Positions 60,401 through 64,000 of a DNA stretch of 64,000 bases are shown here, piece by piece. The position numbers were made by a program, and so were the translations under genes. Below the pieces are notes generated by a model. It was not told the origin of the DNA. It did no database searches and worked only from the letters and a program-made list of their open reading frames with translations. The DNA comes from Felis catus. Its lineage: Eukaryota. The stretch lies in NCBI RefSeq assembly GCF_018350175.1, contig NC_058368.1, forward strand, positions 139,378,001 to 139,442,000. Reading direction: 5' to 3'. Positions within the stretch are counted from its first letter, which is position 1. Every line of letters starts with the position of its first letter.

Positions 60401-63115
60401 TCTGGTATTATTCTTTTTTTTTTTTTTTAAATTTTTTTTTTTTCAACGTTTATTTATTTTTGGGACAGAGAGAGACAGAGCATGAACGGGGGAGGGGCAG
60501 AGAGAGAGGGAGACACAGAATCGGAAACAGGCTCCAGGCTCTGAGCCATCAGCCCAGAGCCTGACGCGGGGCTCGAACTCACAGACTGCGAGATCGTGAC
60601 CTGGCTGAAGTCGGACGCTTAACCGACTGCGCCACCCAGGCGCCCCTGGTATTATTCTTAATCATTAGTTTATATCTCTTATCTCTGCAAATCATAAATT
60701 CCATAGTATTCCTTCACATGACTACCTTTAAACTGAATAAAGTGGGAATATGCTTTCATGAAATTAACAAAAAAATCAGCAGGCTCTTAAAAATATCTAG
60801 GGACAGATAAATTGGTGTTAGTGAGACGTTCAAGGTATTTTTTACATGAACCTTGGTTTTAATACTGTTATTCATAGTGGTTTCCTTAACTGTTTTCCAA
60901 AGTCAGTGATTTTTCCTGAAACCTGTACTGCCTATTGATAACAACAGAAGTCTTCTCAGATTTGTCAAACAAAGATGAGTCTAAAAATCTTAGGAATTTT
61001 AAGGTATAGATGTGAGATTCAGTGTTACTGAAGTAATTACCTTAGTAATTTTTTCTTGTGATGGCTGTCTGATTAAGAGAAACAAAGGAGAAAAATACAC
61101 AACAAATCCTCAGGAACAAGCAACATTCATTTGTACCCATTTTTTTGAAACCTCAAACCCACTGAGAAATTTTGAGTTAAAGTCTGTCAACATATATCAT
61201 CACTATAATTAGGCTCTTATGCACAAGAGCCAATCATTTACGACAACATGAAACGTATTAAATTTATAGCCTGTGTTTACCCTGAGCCCTTTCATTTTAT
61301 TCTGACTCATGTGAATTCTATGAACAGAGACAATGTAAAAATGATTCATTAGGAAATATGATTTTTCCAATCTATACACAATATCTTATTTTCATTTATA
61401 ATTTTAAGTAGTTTTAAAAATCATTTAAGGAATCACTTTAGTGCTCAGTTTAAAATATCTTCATTTTCTTCATTCACTTTTCTAAGGAAAAGTAATAGGA
61501 ATGCAATCTGATGTGCACTGTACCTTTAAATGACTGCTGGAGGCAGCATCATGTAAGGGCAGAATCCCACCTACATTTTCACAATTAACATTAGCACCAG
61601 CTTTTAACAACTCTACAATTATATCATTAGATCCCTTACTAGATGCCTCATGGAGTGGTGTCCAACCTAAAAAAAGGAAAAAAGAAAAAGCCAAACAAGC
61701 TGCTGCTTAAAAATCAACATTCATGTAATATCTCCATTCTTAAGTTTATTTGCACTAATGTAATTAGTATCTATATTGATTCAAATGTATACACTAAGCA
61801 TTAGACAAGAAATTATACTGAAAACCGTGACCTTAAAATGTGTTTCATTTTGGGGGGCGCTTGGGTGGCTCAGTCAGTTAAGTAAGCATCTGACTCTTTG
61901 TTTTGGCTCAGGTCATGATTTCAACGTTCGTTTGAGCCGTACATCCAAGCCCTTGCATGGAATTCTCTCTCTCCCTTTCATTCTCCCTCTCTCTCTGCCC
62001 CTCCAGCTCTCTCTCTCTCAAAATAAATAAATAAACTTAAAAAAATGTGTTTCATTTTTGTCAACAAATTGATCTCGGGAAAAAGTATTTCTTTTTTTTT
62101 TTTTTAATTTTTTTTCAACGTTTTTTATTTATTTTTGGGACAGAGAGAAACAGAGCATGAACGGGGGACAGGCAGAGAGAGAGGGAGACACAGAATCGGA
62201 AACAGGCTCCAGGCTCCGAGCCATCAGCCCAGAGCCTGACGCAGGGCTCGAACTCACGGACCGCGAGATCGTGACCTGGCTGAAGTCGGACGCTTAACCG
62301 ACTGCGCCACCCAGGTGCCCCAAGGGAAAAAGTATTTCTTGATACAAGGGTCAAAGAAAAGACTCAGAGAACATAAAATATAATGGGACTAAATTTTTTC
62401 ACCTCAGATATTAAAATAGAGTACGATCATGTCTGACTTTCTCATTTGTATCACTGCATTGTCACTTATCTCTTTAAAATGATATATGATTCTTGAAGTC
62501 AACCTCTGAGTTTTTCCCTCTGTTAATTCCTCATACAATGTTTGTGCTTGAGCAAAATGTTAGAAGATCAATTTAAAAATGGAGGCTTAAAATTAAAATT
62601 AACAAAGAGAGACAAAAGGAACTATGTAAAGAGAGGAGAAAGAGAAGGGACAGGGAAATGGGAAAAAATTGGCATTCTCTCCAAAGTGAGAGAATAGTAT
62701 TAAGGCCTCTAAGGAAAAGGCCTAAATAAAGCTCCCCTTACTCCCCATTCTGTATACTCCCTCTGAATGCTCCCATATGTATGTTAGAAACTGCTTCAGA
62801 GGAGGTTATTCTAGCAACTAGAGAAAACCAAGATAAATTTAACTATTCAACTAAATAATATATTATAAAAAAGAAAGTTCAAAGTTAGCAGCCAGGATCA
62901 AAATTGGGAGGGGGGATGAAATGTGTAGTTCAGTGAGTTCAAGTGATAAAGACAATTAAAATTTAAAGAATCCAAACCTGCATTATCTTTTGCATTCACA
63001 TCTGCTCCGGATTCTATTAGCGCCTTCACCAGAGACAAATTTCCTCTTGTGGCAGCCAAATGAAGCCGGCTTTCCCTTCTGGCATGCCTCTTACTGATTC
63101 CAGCTGTTTTCATTT
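6259..63115 (-). CDS. ANKRD31: ANKRD31 (ankyrin repeat domain 31), 3' portion: join of 63115-62978, 61666-61524, 52902-52740, 51061-50946, 45713-45626, 40808-40712, 37586-36584, 19587-19447, 13196-13094, 6404-6259; the 5' part lies beyond the window end
   Basis: Ten exons with AG/GT boundaries and consistent phases (1-1-0-1-0-1-2-0-0-1) give a 2138-nt open frame ending in TAA. The peptide has ankyrin repeats ([18 protein letters not shown]), the RAMA-type motif [36 protein letters not shown] and the C-terminus [37 protein letters not shown], matching ANKRD31 as I recall it. Confidence 0.95.
9024..9245 (-). mobile_element. Can-SINE
   Basis: Full body; TSD TGATTAAAATCTTTAA at 9008 and 9246. 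Confidence 0.92.
9466..9652 (-). mobile_element. Older Can-SINE
   Basis: ATCATGACCTGAGCTGAAATCAAGAGTCAG...GAGCCACCCAGGAGCCCC. Confidence 0.88.
10255..10470 (+). mobile_element. Can-SINE
   Basis: Full body, A tail, TSD-like ATTTATAATATAG on both sides. Confidence 0.92.
10541..10738 (+). mobile_element. Carnivore-type L1 3' UTR fragment
   Basis: GAACTGATGGTTACCAGAGGG...GATGAGCACCACGTGTTGTATGG...TGTACACTTGAAACTAATA...AATAAAA tail. Confidence 0.8.
10773..10844 (-). pseudogene. ANKRD31: Stop-disrupted 72-nt ANKRD31 cassette exon or pseudoexon ([22 protein letters not shown]), phase 1-1
   Basis: Acceptor CTCCCTTTGACTTCCAG|, donor CAAG|GTAAAA, length 72, in-frame TAG at 10816-10818 and 10801-10803. 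Aligns without gaps to my recollection of human EVACLDDPVQEPNKSMFEKTKFGQ. Confidence 0.75.
11687..11747. repeat. Compound (TG)n(AG)n microsatellite
   Basis: Seen directly. Confidence 0.97.
12475..13010 (+). mobile_element. Old L1 3' fragment (L1MB-like)
   Basis: AAGTGTTGGTGAGGATGTGG...GCAATTCCACTCCTAGGTAT...CATTATGCTAAATGAAAGA...AAATGCCACTGAATTGT. Confidence 0.75.
13094..13196 (-). CDS. ANKRD31: ANKRD31 exon, end of RAMA domain ([34 protein letters not shown]), 103 nt, phase 0-1
   Basis: Acceptor GTGTACAG|GTAACA, donor CCAG|GTACGT; open frame. Confidence 0.92.
13304..13520. mobile_element. MER58A-like hAT MITE
   Basis: Termini CAGAGTGGCAAAC and ATTTGTTACCCCTG; internal AAGTTTTATTAGAACACA and TATTTGGCCCTTTA. 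Confidence 0.75.
14170..14335 (+). mobile_element. MIR fragment
   Basis: TTTGAGCCTCTGTTTGTGCATTTGTAAAAC...GTTGTGAGGATTAGA...GTGCTCAATAAA. Confidence 0.7.
15373..15410. repeat. (TG)n microsatellite
   Basis: Seen directly. Confidence 0.97.
17173..17350. mobile_element. MER5A-like hAT relic within a MIR
   Basis: CAGTGATTCTCA...TTACCTGGAAAGCTTT...TTTTTAAAAGCTCCTCAAGTGATTCCAATGTG. Confidence 0.6.
19447..19587 (-). CDS. ANKRD31: ANKRD31 exon, RAMA domain ([47 protein letters not shown]), 141 nt, phase 0-0
   Basis: Acceptor TTTCACTTCAG|GAGACT, donor AAG|GTGGGT; 47 open codons. Confidence 0.93.
19640..21710 (+). mobile_element. Ancient L1 5' region and ORF1 relic (L1MD/L1MDa-like)
   Basis: 5'-end-like CATCAGGCAACAAAGGACAGTGATCCCTGAGA; degenerate ORF1 end AAAATATCTTTCAAAAATGAAGG; subfamily from memory. 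Confidence 0.6.
21715..23890 (+). mobile_element. Second ancient L1 5' region and ORF1 relic (L1MCa-like), interrupted by the L1_Fc at 23891
   Basis: New 5' end ACTTCTGGCATGACAATGTGAGG; ORF1-like peptide 23334-23621 ([12 protein letters not shown]); ORF1 text resumes at 29841. Confidence 0.6.
22092..22316 (+). mobile_element. Can-SINE within an old L1
   Basis: GCCTGGGTGGCTCAGTCAGTT head, CT tract, tail; TSD AAGAGGC. Confidence 0.9.
24806..25699 (+). pseudogene. L1 ORF1p remnant ([11 protein letters not shown]...[12 protein letters not shown]), 297 codons with premature stops
   Basis: One frame from ATG 24806 to TGA 25699 with TAG at 25154 and TAA at 25268; motifs [20 protein letters not shown] and YPASLSF. 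Confidence 0.9.
25750..29557 (+). pseudogene. L1 ORF2p remnant (endonuclease and reverse transcriptase), several stops and frameshifts
   Basis: ORF fragments carry [27 protein letters not shown] and LFADDMILY; split over many frames. Confidence 0.92.
31250..31491 (-). mobile_element. Can-SINE within old L1 ORF2, with an expanded G run
   Basis: Full body; TSD-like AATCTCAGAAA on both sides. Confidence 0.9.
34074..34403 (+). mobile_element. 5'-truncated young L1_Fc 3' end
   Basis: Near-identical to 29493-29790; A-rich tail; perfect 15-bp TSD AATAAATTACTATAC at 34059-34073 and 34404-34418. Confidence 0.92.
35385..35599 (-). mobile_element. Young Can-SINE (SINEC_Fc-like)
   Basis: CpG-intact consensus, T tail, TSD TGGTCTTT at 35377 and 35601. 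Confidence 0.95.
35915..36122 (-). mobile_element. Can-SINE
   Basis: GAGATCATGACCTGACCTAAAGTCGGACGCCTAACCGACTGAGCCACCCA. Confidence 0.9.
36584..37586 (-). CDS. ANKRD31: ANKRD31 large exon ([15 protein letters not shown]...[27 protein letters not shown]), 1003 nt, phase 2-0; ends in the first half of the RAMA domain
   Basis: Within ORF 36554..37648; acceptor TTTCTCTAG|AGTGTCC, donor ACAG|GTATCC. Confidence 0.96.
38216..38550. mobile_element. hAT-Charlie-type DNA transposon relic
   Basis: Starts CAGTAGTTCTCAAACTTTTTGG; ACTCTTAAAAATTGAGGATCCCAAAG; family from memory. Confidence 0.6.
39125..39320 (+). mobile_element. Older Can-SINE
   Basis: GTGGCTCAGTCATTTAAGCACCCGACT head, tail; TSD-like GAATATAAAG.AAATTA. 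Confidence 0.85.
39413..39615 (-). mobile_element. Young Can-SINE (SINEC_Fc-like) with almost no poly(A) tail
   Basis: CpG-intact consensus; TSD CACTGCAGCATTATT at 39398-39412 and 39616-39630. Confidence 0.95.
39707..39761. repeat. (AC)n microsatellite
   Basis: Seen directly. Confidence 0.97.
40712..40808 (-). CDS. ANKRD31: ANKRD31 exon, coiled-coil-like ([33 protein letters not shown]), 97 nt, phase 1-2
   Basis: Acceptor GTTTCCAG|AACAA, donor ACAG|GTGAGT; open frame. Confidence 0.92.
41278..41388 (+). mobile_element. Very short felid L1 3' end with extra 3' sequence
   Basis: Matches the L1 3' UTR (GGGATGAACACTGGGTGTTGTATGGAAACCAATTTGACAATAAA); TSD AATACTTTGG at 41268-41277 and 41389-41398. 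Confidence 0.88.
41789..41843. repeat. (TAAAT)n/(TTTTA)n pentanucleotide repeat
   Basis: Seen directly. Confidence 0.9.
42508..42739 (+). mobile_element. Can-SINE
   Basis: Full body; 17-bp TSD AAGAAAAACCTACAGAA at 42491 and 42740. Confidence 0.93.
42826..43038 (+). mobile_element. Young Can-SINE (SINEC_Fc-like)
   Basis: GGGGCGCCTGGGTGGCGCAGTCGGTTAAGCG head, CT tract, A tail; TSD ATAAAAGGTGTCAGAA at 42810 and 43039. Confidence 0.95.
45626..45713 (-). CDS. ANKRD31: ANKRD31 exon ([29 protein letters not shown]), 88 nt, phase 0-1
   Basis: Acceptor CTGATAG|CATCAT, donor GCAG|GTAAGT; open frame. Confidence 0.9.
46334..46376. repeat. Poly-G tract (G35-A-G7)
   Basis: Seen directly; sits inside a MIR relic. 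Confidence 0.9.
47777..48789 (-). mobile_element. Carnivore/felid L1 3' end (minus strand, about 47820-48650) joined to an inverted plus-strand ORF1 piece (about 48650-48789)
   Basis: Minus-strand L1 3' UTR and ORF2 tail with T tracts; plus-strand [42 protein letters not shown] at 47768-47776 and 48790-48798. Confidence 0.85.
48222..48261. repeat. (TA)n microsatellite inside L1
   Basis: Seen directly. Confidence 0.95.
48824..49054 (+). mobile_element. Can-SINE
   Basis: Full body, CT tract, A tail. Confidence 0.92.
49412..49656 (-). mobile_element. Young Can-SINE (SINEC_Fc-like)
   Basis: Consensus body; TSD AAAAAAGAGTCATTTA at 49396 and 49657. Confidence 0.95.
50577..50628. repeat. Perfect 26-bp tandem duplication ACCCACTATGAATCCTAGACATTTTT x2
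   Basis: Seen directly. Confidence 0.9.
50946..51061 (-). CDS. ANKRD31: ANKRD31 exon ([39 protein letters not shown]), 116 nt, phase 1-0
   Basis: Acceptor TTTTTAAAG|TC, donor GTG|GTGAGT; phases fit both neighbours. Confidence 0.88.
51225..51445 (-). mobile_element. MIR fragment
   Basis: CAGCTAACATTTACTGAATACTTA...CATTTTACAGAAGAGGAGAGTGAAGCTTAGAG...TCTGACTCCAAAGTCCGTGCTCTTAAACCACTAC. Confidence 0.8.
52740..52902 (-). CDS. ANKRD31: ANKRD31 exon, end of ankyrin cluster ([54 protein letters not shown]), 163 nt, phase 0-1
   Basis: Acceptor TCTTCTAG|GCAGCT, donor ACTG|GTATGT; open frame continues the ankyrin repeat. Confidence 0.93.
56128..56331 (-). mobile_element. Can-SINE
   Basis: Full body; TSD-like ATTTCCCATTTC. 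Confidence 0.9.
57431..57481. repeat. (ATAG)n tetranucleotide microsatellite followed by AT-rich low-complexity sequence
   Basis: Seen directly. Confidence 0.95.
57864..58334 (-). mobile_element. MLT1-family solo LTR
   Basis: TGTATTAGTTTCCTATTACTGCATAACAAATTAC...CCATCTTAGAATTCTGCCTACCAC. Confidence 0.8.
58615..58836 (-). mobile_element. Can-SINE
   Basis: ATCATGACCTGAGCTGAAGTCAGACGCTTAACTGA...CCCAGGTGCCCC. Confidence 0.88.
60416..60645 (-). mobile_element. Young Can-SINE (SINEC_Fc-like)
   Basis: Consensus body; TSD CTGGTATTATTCTT at 60402 and 60646. Confidence 0.95.
61524..61666 (-). CDS. ANKRD31: ANKRD31 exon, ankyrin repeats ([48 protein letters not shown]), 143 nt, phase 1-0
   Basis: Acceptor TTTTTTAG|GTTGG, donor AAAG|GTACAG; canonical GWTPLH motif. 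Confidence 0.95.
61854..62041 (+). mobile_element. Older Can-SINE
   Basis: Head GGGGCGCTTGGGTGGCTCAG; TSD AAAATGTGTTTCATTT at 61835 and 62042. Confidence 0.9.
62094..62321 (-). mobile_element. Young Can-SINE (SINEC_Fc-like)
   Basis: Consensus body; TSD GGGAAAAAGTATTTCTT at 62077 and 62324. Confidence 0.95.
62978..63115 (-). CDS. ANKRD31: ANKRD31 exon, ankyrin repeat ([47 protein letters not shown]), 138 nt, phase 1-1
   Basis: Acceptor TTTTCAG|AAATG, donor GCAG|GTTTGG; ankyrin consensus LHLAA..GN..LVK.LI..GADVN.KD. Confidence 0.92.
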
Positions 63116-63579
63116 CTGAAAATTTGCCAAGCAAAACTGAGGCTTCTCTTCTGCCAGATGCTGATTATTACAAAGGAGCTTAGAAAATACAGAGCAACTT
63201 CCTTAAAATACCCTAAGTAGGGTACACTATACAAAACATACATCGATATCATCATTGCTATTACGGTTTTAAAATGTAACTTGTGGAGAAATTGTAGAGC
63301 ATCTAAGCACATTACTTTGCATTCATTCTAACAGTTACTCACTCAATCATAAGATTAAAACAAACTTACTACAGTTCTACACTCCTCTCATTCTCAGTAG
63401 TCCTGTAATAATGGATAACATTTTTCTTAAAACAAATTGTGATTTTATAAAACTCCTCTATTCTCTATCTCAGTGAGTGTGTTTCTGATCACAAAAGATG
63501 CCAAAAACCGAATTATGGCCTATTGACTGGTTTTTCTTCCATAAAGCATGTAGTACAATATCATTATCCAAAGGTTTTA

Positions 63580-63795
63580 AAATATATTTATTTATTTTTG
63601 AGAGAGAAAGAGGGTGTGTGTGTGTGCATGAGGAGGGGAGGGGTAGAGAGAGGGAGGGAGACAGAATCCCAAGCAGGCTTTGCACTGTCAGAGCAGAGCC
63701 TGATGCAGGGCTCTAACCCCAAGAACCATGAGATCATGACCTGAGCCAAAGTCAGGAGTCAGACACTTAACTGACTGATTCACGCAGGTGTCCCC
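63580..63795 (-). mobile_element. Older Can-SINE
   Basis: GAGATCATGACCTGAGCCAAAGTCAGGAGTCAG; TSD-like CCAAAG.TTTT. Confidence 0.88.
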
Positions 63796-64000
63796 AAAGA
63801 TTTTTAAAACTCTTTTCTTTGCACAAGTTAGAAAGACCTAAGTTGGAGCGAAAGCACACAAACCAACAACAACAAAAGAACCATATTTCCTTCTTAATTT
63901 CTTCCCTAAACCATGTTAAAATGATCGTAAAAGATTTTTTTTTAAATACCATATAAGGACAAAAGAAGAGGAAACAATGGAGGACAGAGGCGTCAACAAC

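Noticed and set aside
4186..63795. tRNA-like A/B box sequences as tRNA genes
   Set aside because: All are heads of tRNA-derived Can-SINEs followed by CT tracts and A tails.

Overview
Mammalian genomic DNA, almost certainly felid: it is dense in cat-type Can-SINE (SINEC_Fc-like) and L1_Fc-like elements. The window holds the 3' part of one minus-strand gene, which I recognise as ANKRD31, a meiotic double-strand-break scaffold that binds REC114. Ten coding exons (63115 down to 6259) have canonical AG/GT sites and matching phases. They splice into one uninterrupted frame of 2138 nt (about 712 C-terminal codons) covering the second ankyrin cluster, a coiled-coil-like stretch, a large low-complexity exon, the RAMA domain and the C-terminal REC114-binding segment. 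An AATAAA lies about 200 nt past the stop. The introns are mostly retroelements: 24 Can-SINEs, a full-length but dead L1_Fc nested inside older L1s, and MIR, MLT and MER relics. I see no new multi-gene system. The best new observation is a 72-nt phase-symmetric exon (10773-10844) in the last intron. It keeps both splice sites and matches a peptide I recall from human ANKRD31, but carries two in-frame TAG stops, so inclusion would remove the REC114-binding tail and probably escape NMD. Two L1 insertions clearly carry short 3' transductions and a third may; one also has a 5' inversion. Repeat subfamily names and human protein comparisons are from memory, not database searches.
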